DNA of 60,000 nucleotides from Vicugna vicugna. Taxonomy: Eukaryota. A program made the position numbers and the translations under genes. Shown here in pieces: positions 23,611 through 35,499 of this stretch. Position 1 is the stretch's first letter. The number at the start of each line of letters is the position of its first letter. The notes beneath the pieces were generated by a model. It searched no databases. It saw only the letters and a list, made by a program, of their open reading frames with translations, and was not told the DNA's origin. Where the stretch lies: contig MU058244.1 in assembly GCA_013265495.1 (NCBI GenBank), positions 126,001 to 186,000 on the forward strand, read 5' to 3'.

Positions 23611-25394
23611 CACTCTGTCCAGGAGAACTGCTAACTGCTAACTGCTCCCTGGGGCAGCATCTCCCAGCCCCTGGAGGAGGGGGTGCGAGGTCATCCCTGA
23701 GCCACTGGGAGCCTTCCTCTAGCCCGTCCAGCCCCGCCTGGAGTCCCTCTCCCACGCCCTCCATCTGGGGCGGCGGCCCCGGTGTGGCTGGCTGGCTGGC
23801 TGGCTGGCTTCACGCCTGCTCGTGGCTGAGCCAGAACGGTGGAGAAGGCCTGGAGTCCACTCGGGACCTCCCCCAACTTCCTCACTCTCCTGACCTAGGC
23901 TGACTGTGGCACCGGGGCCTGACTGGGTCGGAGATGGCCCCACCGCCCCTCTGGGGATGGGGCACCTGGCTCCAGCCTGTCCACCTCATCTCCATGGAGG
24001 CGGGCGGCCTCCCTCCTCCTCCTGGCCTCACCTGCTCCCAGAAGGCCTGAGAGGCCGTCCTAGTTGGGCCAGCTGTTTCTTGCTCCTTCAGGAAGGCTGT
24101 CCTGCCCTGGCCTGGGAGCAGAGGTCCCCTAGCTGCCACCCCCGGCCCAGAGTGCCGGGCCGGGTCCTGCCCTGATGGTGGCTACCCCCTTCCCTCAGGC
24201 CAGGCTCTTGCAGCACCCAGGGCCCTGCCCTGCCGGGTCCACCTTGCCGCCCCTGCCCTCCCGCCCACCTTGCCCTTCACCAGGAGCCGGGCACGGGGTG
24301 GCCCTGAGCCCCGAGGCCATCAGTGCTGATTTCCTTTCCTGACGTGGCTCTAGTAGCAACGATGCCCCCCTGTGCACGGGGATGGAGAGCTTTCCTTGTC
24401 CTGGGACTGGGGCTGGGGGAGGACTCAGGCCCAGGAATGGGCAGCTGGTACGGCCCCACGCAGACCCAGGCCTCCGGTTCCAAGCCTGGAAGTGACTCTT
24501 TCCTCCTGGGCTTTTGGGATACCAGTTTGCAGGGACTTTTCCCGCAGGGATTAAAAGCACCCCACTTGGTTAGCAGAGCTCGCGGTTGGGAGCCCATCCT
24601 GGAGCAGAGTTAGGGTGCCCCTTGGCTCTGCCTGAGGTCTGAGGGAGCCACGGCAGAACTGGCGGCTCTGACGGTGGCTTTTCCCAGCTCATGCTCCCGG
24701 CACGAGGGGCTCAGCCCTCACAGCGGGGCAGTCTGTCCTTCTGCCTTTGCAGGGGTAGACCTGCGAGGCCGCCGTGTGCAGGATGCTGGGGCTGGAGGTG
24801 CTGGGCGTTGTCTGGGAAGCGAGAGGAAGACGGAGGGAGAGCAGCGTGGGCGACAGGGCAGGAGGCGAGGCTCTGCTTGGTTCTCGGTGGTGCGTTTCTG
24901 TTGTTTTCAGCTCCAGGAGCAGTGGGTCTTTGTAGTCTGGAAACCTGAGTGAGGAGGAGAGTCACCCCAGCTGAACCCCGTCCAGGGAACTGCACCCCCT
25001 CCAGCATGGAGTGGCTCCTCTGATGGGCAGTGGTGAGGGTTCCCCAAGAAACAGGCAGGCTGGACGACACTGCCCTGACTCTACCCACCCCCAGCCGTGG
25101 ACCCTCTTCTGCGGCCCAGCCTGTCTGCCTCCAGGGACGCCCCAGCTTTAAGGGACTAAGGACCGTCGCCGCGAGGGCTGTCCTAGTCCCACTGAGGACC
25201 AGTGTTGTCAGCATTAGCAGCAGAAAAGGCTGTGCTCAGCCCCAAATCTGCTTCTGTGTCTCATGTAGAACTTTCTCTGGTGCCCTGTACAGGCATGGAC
25301 ACGTGGTAGGCACACAGGAAACACCACCGAACCGATGAATGTCTCCAGCTGTGCCTGTCTCTGCATTTTCTGAATTTCTGCTGCACCAACAAGT

Positions 25395-25590
25395 CATCCA
25401 TCTTCCCACAGTCCATCCACCCATCTCTCCCCCACCCACCATCCACCCACCCACCATCCATCCATCCACCTACCCACCCACTCTTCCACTCGTCCATCCA
25501 CCCATCTCTCCCCCATCCACCGATCCATCCACCCACCCACCATCCACCCACCCATCCATCCGTCCGTCCAACCATCCACACACACATCCC
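25395..25590 (+). repeat. (CCAT/CCAC)n degenerate repeat
   Basis: Directly visible. Confidence 0.9.
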
Positions 25591-28500
25591 CTAGGGAGCA
25601 CCTGTGTCCGCTCTCTCTGATAAGGTGAGCCTTGTGATAGGCTATTGGCTCGTTGCTCAGACAAGGAAGCTGAGCCTCAAGCAGGGGGAGGGTCTCTGAT
25701 CTCTGGCCCCATGCCTTCCACTCTTGCTGGGAGAACTGGGCCCATCTCATGCCCTCTCACTGTTTGGCTGTTCCCTCGGGCCCCAGTCTTGTTTCCCAGA
25801 CCCTCTAAGCTGTAGATACGTCCCTCTGTCTCCACAGGACAAGCACTGGGCTGGTCACTAGCAGACACGAGATCATAACCTAAGTCCCAGCTCATGGACC
25901 TCTTCTCCGGGTTGGAGGGGCCCGACCTGGAGCGCGAGACGGTGGAGAGTGATGTGGAGCCAGGATGTGTCCCGAGGGGGTGGCTGTGAGGGGTGGCGGT
26001 GGCGGCTGGCTGAGCTGGCGTGTCCCAGCCCGCGTGGTGCACGCCTGGCTGGGCAGCCACCCTCCAACCTCAACAAGCTGCCGCCTGCCTGTAGCCTCCT
26101 TCCTTCCTCCTGGATCCGCCTGAGCTGCTGGGGCCTCGTCCCCCAGCTCCCACCCACCCCCTCCCTCTCCGCCTTTCATTTCTTGCCGGAGAAAAAGGAA
26201 AACCTCTTCCTGAGACACTGCCAGCCAGCAGCCAGGGCAGCCTGCCTCCCTCCAGGGCTCCTGCCAGCTGCCCTACTGAACTCCCCACCCCTGGGGCTTT
26301 CCAGGGCCACATGGCCCCCTCCCACCATGCTCTCCACGTGGCCTTCATCTGGCCGCACATCACTGCCTTGGGTCCGAGCTCCTGTGGTTCCCATGCCCAG
26401 CTGTCCTCCCTCCCCTCTGCCTGGCAAACTCCTCTCCATCCTCCAGGGCCCCGCTTAAATGCCACTTCCCCTGGGAGGACTTCTGGGCTCAGTCAGCAGG
26501 CAGGCTCCTAAGAAGAGGGATGTCAGAGATGAGCCCAGGAAAGGGGGCTACGGGTCAGAACGCCCGCCCTCAGCCCCCGGCCCACACACAATGACTCCCT
26601 GCCGGGTCCCGGCGCCTCCAGGCCCGGCTCCCAGAGTCCCAGGCTGGGGAGCCACTTCTCATGCATCCGGCTGCTTCTCTCCAGAGAAACTGGGCTGCGT
26701 TTTTCCCACGGCCCCAGGAAGCGATGTTCATGGCCTGGGCATGGAGGCATCCGTGAACCTGGAGTGACTCACCTCGTGCCTGGAGACGCCCTCCCGTATC
26801 TTCACGGGGTGCCTCTACCCGGCTCTCAGTACTTCCCAGGAGATGCCGCTGGTGCTGCTCTGATTCCCTGTTCCTGGAGCCCTGCTTCTCCATCTATGGG
26901 ACGAGCCGTGGTGCTGTCCCTGCCCGTCACATGCTGGACAGCCAAGGGACCTGGGGCTTTGGGAGGTCTTGTCCCTCGAAGCTGGCCTTGGCCTCACATG
27001 CCTCAGGGTCCTGATCCCCTGAGCTCTGACCTTACCAACCATCACCTTGAAGAGAAACGGACCTTGGGGTCTGGACACTGAAGGTCAGAGTGGTGGAGGA
27101 TCTCCCCAGGGTCACCTGGCTGGTGGGTGGAGGCTGGATGCAGGAGACCGGCTGCTGGGCTGGGGGTCCATCCCAGCTGGGCTCATTCCCGGAGGCCGTG
27201 CGGTGAAAGCTGGGTCGTTTTGGCATCTCCAGGGCTCCTGGGAGCCTTCTGGGGGCCAGCGCCCGGTTGGTGTCAGTGCAGGCATGGGTGGAGTCCCTTT
27301 GTGGGGTTTCTGCCCTCTTGGCCTCCCTGCAAACCCTGTTCCTCTGGGCTTTCCGCCAGCCGGAGGGGGTGAGGACCAGGCTGCTGGGGCCAGTGTGACG
27401 GCCGTGCAGAGGGCAGCCTGGTGATCCAGGTGGCAGGGTCCCCTTCCACCCAGCGGTTTACTCACTCACCAGGGTGCATCCTGGCTGGAATGAGGCAGAC
27501 GCTGTCCCTGTCTCCCTAAAATGAGCAGCTCTGGTCAGCACAGTAAGTACAGAGACCCAGACGGGGGTTCTGCAAATGGAGCAGAGTGCCCACCTTCCTG
27601 TCCAGTCTGCCCCGGCCCCTCCCGTGGCCACACGTCCAGGTCCCCTCCCCTCCTTCCCTCGTCCACTGCAGTGCCTGCTGTGTGCCCCGCCGATGGCCAT
27701 CTGCCCTTCAGCCAGTCTTCGCTTGCTGGGATCAGGGCTGAGGGAGAAGACTGAACCCTGAATTGAGATGTGTTCCATGTTTTCCCTCCCACCGCACCCT
27801 GAGGCCCCTGCGGGTGGAACTGCGGCCCCGTTTCCACCTGCGGGTCCCTGGCACAGGCACCCCTGGAGGGGGACGCAGGAGGGAGGAGGAGGAGCGGGGC
27901 AGGGGCTCTGCCCAAAGCCTCGTCAGAAACCCCTTCGTGAGTGCAGGTGGGAAATGCGGGGACTCAGCAGAAACGGGAGGGGGAGGGCCCAGACCTGGAA
28001 CAGGGTCCCCACTTTTCTAAGATGAGACGGGCGTGCGGGGCAGCTCCAGGGCTGCTCCGGCGCTGAGGCGACGTCCACCCTCCGGAACCTGGCCTGTAAG
28101 GGGTAAAGGAGGCCCCCAGACTCAGACGAGGACTCTCCCAGGGCCGCGTCCCTCGTTCCTGGGAGAGGAGTGTGTGCTTCACTGACTTACTGGTTCATTG
28201 TTTGTGCCTTTGTTCATGTAAGCGGTCAGACCCCTAAAACTTCAAAAAATATCCATTGGAACTATTTTTCTGGCATCTTTATTTTGGCAAAGTGTATTCA
28301 CAGTTCCTAGACTTGTGAACGTGACCAGAAGTTTGTGCTTTCTTAAGAACTGGAGGTCAAACGCACCCCAGCCATTGAAGATGCGGGAGCTTGGAGCACA
28401 GAGCAGGCGCCCCCAGACCAGACGAAGATGCCCCGCTGCTGGGCTTCCCCAGGTCTAGCTGTGCCTTCGACTCCTCCCGAGTGTCCCCAGCGGCCAGCAG

Positions 28501-29935
28501 CAGGGGACACCGGGCTTCTCTGGCTACATATGCAGGCTCGGTTGTCTGCAGTGCGGGAGAGACGTCTGGGGAACCCGCGCTGTGGGGTCCCAGGCCCCAA
28601 GGGTCTGATGCGGGCACGGGGCTGGACTGTTCACAGTGCCAAATGCAGATCAAAGTCAGGGGACGCGGGTGAGCCTGGCGGAGTCTCCAGTCCCCACAAT
28701 AAAGCCCGGCCAGCCGGTTGCAAAACACAAAGGTCTCGGGTGATGCTTGTGCTGTTTTGGGGAAGGCGGCCAGGCCCCTACTGAAGGGACAGCGTTCCCG
28801 GGCCGCCGTCCTGCCACAAAACCGCTTGTCACACATGAAACAGCAGATTAGGAATTTCCTATTCTATTTTTACTGCAAAATTTGCACTGTCAAAGGCTGT
28901 TGGGTTTGGAAAAGCTTTCTCCCTTCTGAGCTGCTTGGCTGCCCATGAAAGGGTGGCTGGGCTGGGTCCCCCAGTGGGACACTCACAGCCCTCACAGGGC
29001 CCTGGGATGCTGATAAGGAGTCAAAACCCACATTATCTCCTGTTTTTATTGCTCTGGTTAACCATTAAAAAGCTGGGGGGTGGGGGCGGGGGAATTTGGT
29101 GAGTTGAGAAAGTAGCTCCTGAGGTCCTTGTCTGAGCCCAAGCTGGGCCAGTCAGAGGTTGGGGGAGCTGAGGGTTCCCCGCCCTGAGGAGGCATCCACC
29201 TGCCCCCAGACCTCCAGCTTCTTTCATGTTTTGGTGAAAATGCAGAGGTTTCTGGGTTTGCTCCCCTCAGAGGGGCAACGCCTGTCGGGGGGTCCATGTG
29301 CCCAGATGCGGTTCTGGAAAAGTCGGTGGAGACACCCTCTGGGCTCACAGGAGCAGGCCTAAGGAAGAGGGACAATTCAGTGGCCCTGGAGGGCAAGGAA
29401 GGGTGAAAGTCAGTTTCCTGCAAGTCCGGGCTGGCTTTGAAAGCAGAGGACCCACAGGTGCCCATGGTGGCCAGTGGCCAGCGGAGCAGTGGCCCCCACG
29501 AGCGCGCTTTAGACCCCGAGGCTGTGCTGGGCAGGTCCCAGCTGCGATGGTAGGTGGAGGTGCGTCTGCTGTTCCGGGACCCTCTCGAGTCCCGAGTCCC
29601 ACGCAAGGGAGGGCTCAGGTCCTTGGACAGAATCTCCTAGTGACAGACTTGCTCTTTAAGAGAAGTCTCACTGAAATTTGAAGGAGCTGCTCTCCTGCCT
29701 TCATCCTCCTTTCTCTATTGGATTTGCAACCCCTGCTATTGTGAGTTTTTTTCAAAAGCAAAATGTTGTGCAGTTGAGTCTCTGGATAAAGAGAGAAGAA
29801 AAGCTTCCGCCTTCTCAGGGCAAAGACTTTCTGTCCTAAGGTGGGGGTGCAGGGGTGGCTCTGCCCTCCAGTCTCTGAGCTGATCTCCAGACACAGGAAC
29901 CTGCCGGGATGGCTGGGTGAGCTGAGTGAGCATTT

Positions 29936-30096
29936 GCACCACGTGTGTGTATGTGTGTGCACACACGGGCAGGCACACGGGCACACATACGCACACACAC
30001 GAACACATGCTTGTGTGCACAGACCTGCACACGCCTGCTGACACGCACACATATGAACACACGTGTACACACACACGCACGCACCCACATGCACAC
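29936..30096. repeat. CA/TG-rich low-complexity repeat
   Basis: Directly visible. Confidence 0.85.
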
Positions 30097-31859
30097 AGGC
30101 AGGTGGTGAAAGCTGCCCCCAAATTCAGGTGCCACAGCAGTTTCGGGGGCTCCCTGACACCCAGGCGCTGACTTGATTCTGAGACGTCCCCCTGAGGGAA
30201 CCACATGGAAGCACTTTTCTGCGGGAGAGGAAGCTGTCTTGGGAGGGAAGTCACAGCCTAAGGTCACAGGGAGGCAGGGACAGAGGGACAGTGACCGCAA
30301 GGCTTGGGACTCCCTGCTCAGCCCTTCCTGCCCGGGATGGACACAGATTCTGTGAGATTTCCCTCCCGAGGAGCGGGGAGGGTGCAGTGAGGTTGCTTTG
30401 GGTGGAATCTGCCCCACTGCCCCTGGGCACCTCCTGGGAGAGCTGGGCGTCCACCAGCACCCAGCTGACACCCGGGACAGTGGGTTGGCCCCCGCCACAG
30501 GCTGCGGACCTGCGGTCTGCATTCAAATCCAGGCCAGCGTTTGCCCCCCGCACCCACCTGGTCGGTTCCTCAGCGACCTTTTCTGGGTGGTGGTAGTTCC
30601 ACCCAAGAAGTCATTGGCGGGGCTGGAAGGAGGCCGGAGTGCACCCCGTGTCCCACGAGTCACTGGCCAGCTCACAGAGCCGGCCAGTCCTGTGCTGCCA
30701 TCGGGGGGCATCCCCTCGTTGTCTGGATGGCCCTCCAGCCTCTGTGGCTTGACCAGGGTCATCTAGGAGGGAAGAGAGTGGGGAGTCGTCCACTGCCTCT
30801 CTGGCCCGTGTCCCTCCTGTAACTGGACCCAGTGCCTTGGACCCCGATCTGGGAACCTCTGTGTATGTAGAGGGCAGCCTGGCTAAGTGGTCGGGGGTTC
30901 AGGGAACAGCGCTGGGAGCCAAGGGTGGTGTTCCCCTCCACCTGCCTCGAATGGCAAGAGGGCCGGCTCGCGTCCTGTAACTGGCTGGGAAAGGCGTGTG
31001 GGACCCGAAGCTGTTCGGGACTTAGCATGTTTTATGAGCAGCACACGAACCCAGCAACCAGAGAGGAAGGGTCACAGACCTACTCATCTGAATGTTTAAC
31101 ACTTCTGTATGGATGTTAAAACGCAATGACAGCACGGGAGGGTGTGCGCTCTACAGAGCTGACACCCCGGTTACAGAAAGGGCGTCTGCGAGAGGAGAGG
31201 AAACGACAGAAGAGGAGCACAGGACAGAGAGGACAGGGCCCGCCCACAGGGGGTCCAGGAGACCCGCCTCCGCCCCTTGTCTGCTGGGGGAATGCTGGCT
31301 ACCAGACCAGTCAGCTGCAGACCTGCAGGCGTTTTGTTCTGGGCGGGCGAGGCTGTAGCCGTGCCTCCTCATGCAAGGAGTGTGGGCTGGGCCCGGCGTC
31401 CTGGAGGGCGTGCGCCAGTGCCCAGCGTGCACACTCAGAATCCCACTTTGGAATCTCTCACTAAGACGCTGGCGGACAATCCCGGCGCAGTCACTGGTAG
31501 GAGCAAAAAACGGAAGCAATCTAGAAGCCCCGCGTAGGCTGCTGCGCCACGGGAAGGACTGTCATGCCGCCGTGGAAGGCGTGGTGGAGCTGGGGGCTGA
31601 CAGCAGCGCTGTCAGGGCATCCTGGTGCAGGGTGGTCCTTCCACCAGGACCCCTTTGTGAAGTCACCGTCTGGAAGGGTCGCACCCGGCGTGGGCTGACG
31701 TCCTCCACGAGGCGAGTGGCGGAGGGGTCGGCTGCTGTGGGATTCCAGTGAAGCGAGTTCCTCCCAAACCGCAGGGACTCCGTTGCTCCCACTGACTCAG
31801 CTGCCAAATCGACGTCGGGAAGTTGAAACTGTCGAATCACACACCCTCCCTGTGGCCCC

Positions 31860-32290
31860 AAGTCGTCTCTGTCCCCAGAGATCTGGGGCTGGTTCTCTGC
31901 GGCGTCTTTGTCTCTAAGCGCGTCCTTTGGTTCTGGACATTTTCTTGACGTTTCTTTAGTGATTTCCCTACGTCTTCTCTAGTCTCTTTCTCTAAACTTC
32001 GGTTTGGATGTTGGACGTCCTGACCTGCTTGTCCAGCCTGAAGACTCTGTCCAGTTTTGTACCACTGGGTCCTTTGACTCTACTTTTTGGAAGATTTCTT
32101 CAACCCCGTCACCCAGACGTCCTGTTCTACTACAGAATTTGATTTCCAAGACCTCTTCCTGTTCCAGCAGCGCCCGATGCCATGTCACGGCCTCGAGGAG
32201 TCCTCCCCACGCGGAAGACGTTCGTGTCACCTCTTGTTTGAGGCCCCCCCCCTCCGCCCCGGTCTCTGTCCTGCACCAGTGTCTCTGTGT
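31860..32290 (-). mobile_element. Degraded L1 ORF1/5' fragment
   Basis: T-rich tract with ttggatgttggacgtcctga...tctactttttggaagatttcttcaac...tttccaagacctctt, typical of old L1M ORF1 in reverse. Confidence 0.5.
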
Positions 32291-32964
32291 TTCCTGCTGC
32301 AGCCTGGGGACCGCGGTTTGGGCCTCGTGAGACAAGGCTGGGCTCTTTTGCCGGGAAACCCCAGGCCTGTGTCCTCCTGGGGTGGGGGTTCCCATTTCCT
32401 GGGAAGACCCTCCTGGCTCCTGCTGGGAATGAAGGCTTGGCTGAGTCCTGTGTCCAGGGCTTCTGGTCACGTCCACCCCGGGAGTCCCGTTTGTCCTTGG
32501 TTTCTGGTTCTCACCAGTCTGGCATGGCAGAGACCAGGTTGTCTGAGCAGATCTCTGCATGCTGCTGGGGTCGGGGAGGGTCACCTGGGCACAGAGTGGG
32601 GCTCACAGGGGGCCCCCGAGTCTCCCCGGAGCCACTACTCCCTGCCCTACGTAGCTTCTGTGTCACGACGAGGCACACAGGCTTGCAGCCCTCGGGCCTC
32701 TGTGGCCTCTGCCCACTTCCCCTGGGCTCTGCCTCTGGGGGCAGTGTCCCACGGCCCGGTCTGCGGGAGGCTAGCCGGGCTGGGAGCCACGGTGCCCCAC
32801 CCGGCTCCTCCCCTCGGGCGAGTACTGCTTTTTAAAATGTTTTCTTTCAGACAAAGAGTGTATTTATTGCTCTGCTAAAGAGGGTGGGCTTCTGTCCAGG
32901 TGGGCTGGGGTGGAATCCAGGCACAGCCACTTTATAACCTGCACGACCTTGGCCGCCCCCTCGC

Positions 32965-33082
32965 CTCTCAGAACCCCATCTCCTTATCTGTTTAATGGGA
33001 GCAAAAATCCCACCTGGCAGGGCTGTTGTGGGGCACAGAGGAGATAATGCGTCATAAAGTGCCCTCTGAGGGCTTGGCACCG
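32965..33082. mobile_element. MIR fragment
   Basis: ccttatctgtttaatggga...agggctgttgtg...gagataatgc...taaagtgc...ttggcac. Confidence 0.7.
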
Positions 33083-34699
33083 CAGCTGGTGTGGCTGTGA
33101 GAGCTGCCTTTGTGCCCCGGCCCGGACGGAGCCAGGGCCTCTGGATGCGCATCCCCACATGTTCTGCAGCACCACCGACGCTCGCGGACCGGCCACCAGC
33201 TCCACTCTGGGGGCCGGCTCCAGGGTGCAGGGGGCCCCCACCCAGGAATGCCATCCATCTTCCCAGCCCCAGGGCTGGGCTCCCGCCTCCGATAGGCCAC
33301 CTGCAGCCCCGACAGGCGGCCCTATGGGCCTGGCTGTCAGCGCCAGGAGGGGCCGCCGTCCCCGCAAGACCAGGCCTGTGCTGGAACCACATTCGGAATT
33401 TGGCAGAGCCGCCCATGTCTCCTCTTGTCCAGGAATGTCCTCCGTCCTCCCTCCTCCTGAGCGCCTGCTGTCCTGGCCCCTCGCCCGGCACCATCCTGCC
33501 TCTGCTCTGGGAGGACACGTCCTGGCCGCAGGACCAAGTGTCTAGAGGGACCCGGCTGCCCAGGGATGTTGGGGAGAATCTCGGGGTCCTTGGCTGGGGT
33601 CTTCCCTGGTGCCGAATCTAGGCTCACGTTTTGCAGGAGAAAGTGCCTGTGGGTTCGGAAAGAGTGTCCCCTCTTCCCCTCCCCTGAATGAGCCGAAGTC
33701 ACTGAGCGGCTGCATGAAAATAGACCAGCTGGCCCAGGACCAAAGTGGTGCTGGGAGAACCTCGACTCCAAGCTGCGGGCTGACCTGGGTACCCCAGTCT
33801 GCAGTCTGAGCGGTCATGATGACCGACCTCTGGGGTCACCAGTGCCCGTGGCCACGGCAGGAGTCTGCATAGGGCACAGATGAGCTCCCCTTTCTTTTCT
33901 GCCCTTCTGTGATGTCCAGGGTGCTGGCCACTGGAGGGACACCCGATCCCCAGTGGCCAGCTGGCAGGCCAGATAGAGTTCTGCTGGACGCATGGAGAAG
34001 GGACCGCGTGGGGAACCGTTCTCAAACCTGGTGCCCACAGACATCCCGGGGTGGAGAAGTGATTCCGGGCGCCCCCCCAGCAGCTCCCATCAGCAGGCCC
34101 AGGTGCCGGGGTCCCTGATGTTCTGGGGACGGTGTGGGCGGGAGGTTGGTCAGACCCTGTCCCACTCCTTGCTGGCAGGCAGCCAACCCTGAAGCCCTGG
34201 CTGCTGGGCCTGTGAAACGGGCATGTGGTTCTTGGAAGAACCCTCCAGGGTGGGGTGAGGGCCGGAGACAGCAGCCACCCTGCCAGTGTGCCTGGAGCGG
34301 GGTGTCAGTCTCTTGTCTGCTGCCCACGTTTGAAAGACAAGTGTGTCACATTGATTTACGCCCCTTCTGTCAGAGTCCAGCACACAAGTGAGCAATGCAA
34401 ATCTCACCAAAGTTAAGTCGCGGTCACCGGAATTTCCTGACCCCCTGGGGCCACCAGGAGCCTCTCCTCTGAGTGAAGGCGATTCCGACCTCAGGCCAGC
34501 GCTCCAGGGAGGCGCGGGGCCCAGGCAGAACCAGAGGTTGCCTTGCCTGCCCCAGAGCCCCCCGCGGGCTCAATCACTCAGCTTCCTCCTCCTTGAGCCA
34601 CAGGACGAGACCGAGTCTGCTTCTTTCACTCAGCGCCATGCCGCCCTCACCAGTGCGACTCTGCCGTTTGTTCCTCTCAGCCGGTGTGTCGTGTCCCCA

Positions 34700-35480
34700 C
34701 CTCTGGACAAACCACGGCCCCGTAGATGCACAGGTGGGCGGCTTCCAGCTCTCGGCTCCGAGGACAAAGCAGATTCGACTTCCCCACCACCGTTTTTGCT
34801 CAGTGTCCTTCTGGAGGTCCCAGCCAAAGCCACAAGGTGCGAAAAGTAAATAAAAGGTACAAAGCTTGGCAAGGAGAATGCAGACTTTCACTTTTCCCGA
34901 AGGACACGGTGATGCGTGTAGAAAGGGCTAAGGAACATAGAGATAAATGGCCAAGTTAATGGGAGGCCTAGGACGCGTGCTGGATTCAAAATCAACACAT
35001 GAAAGTTCGTTGCTTCTCTCAACACCAGCAACAAACAGATTTGAAAAGGTATCACTTACAAAGGCCTGAAAACATGAAACAAGTAGGGAAAAAAGAGATG
35101 TGCAAAATGTTTGCAGAGGAAATTGACCTAAAACCGCTGTTGGCCCGAGCAACCAGCAGTGACAAGCAGCGTCCGAGAACCGGAGGCCCTCAAAGGGGCC
35201 CACGGGCTTTACATAATCCCTGTCTTCCTCATGACCCGGTGGCGCTGAAGCGGCCCAGACAGACTGCATCCGATGGACGGCAGTGGAGGCCCACTTCGGA
35301 CCCTGGTTCCACATTCTAGGAGCTGGGGAGTCACCAATCCGTCCTCACGACAAGAAGACGATCAGACGGAAAAGGCAGACACTTGTCTCTGGTTCATGAG
35401 GGGTGGGGAGGTCACAGGGCAACCGCTGCCCTGTGACTGGGGAGGCCAAAGGGCATTGAGAACAGATCAACAGCAACCAG
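34700..35480 (+). mobile_element. Ancient L1 ORF2 reverse-transcriptase fragment
   Basis: PPPFLLSVLLEVPAKATRCEK...RLSLFPKDTVMRVE corresponds to [21 protein letters not shown]...KLSLFADDMIVYLE. Confidence 0.8.
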
Positions 35481-35499
35481 AAGGGTCATGGGCAAAGCC

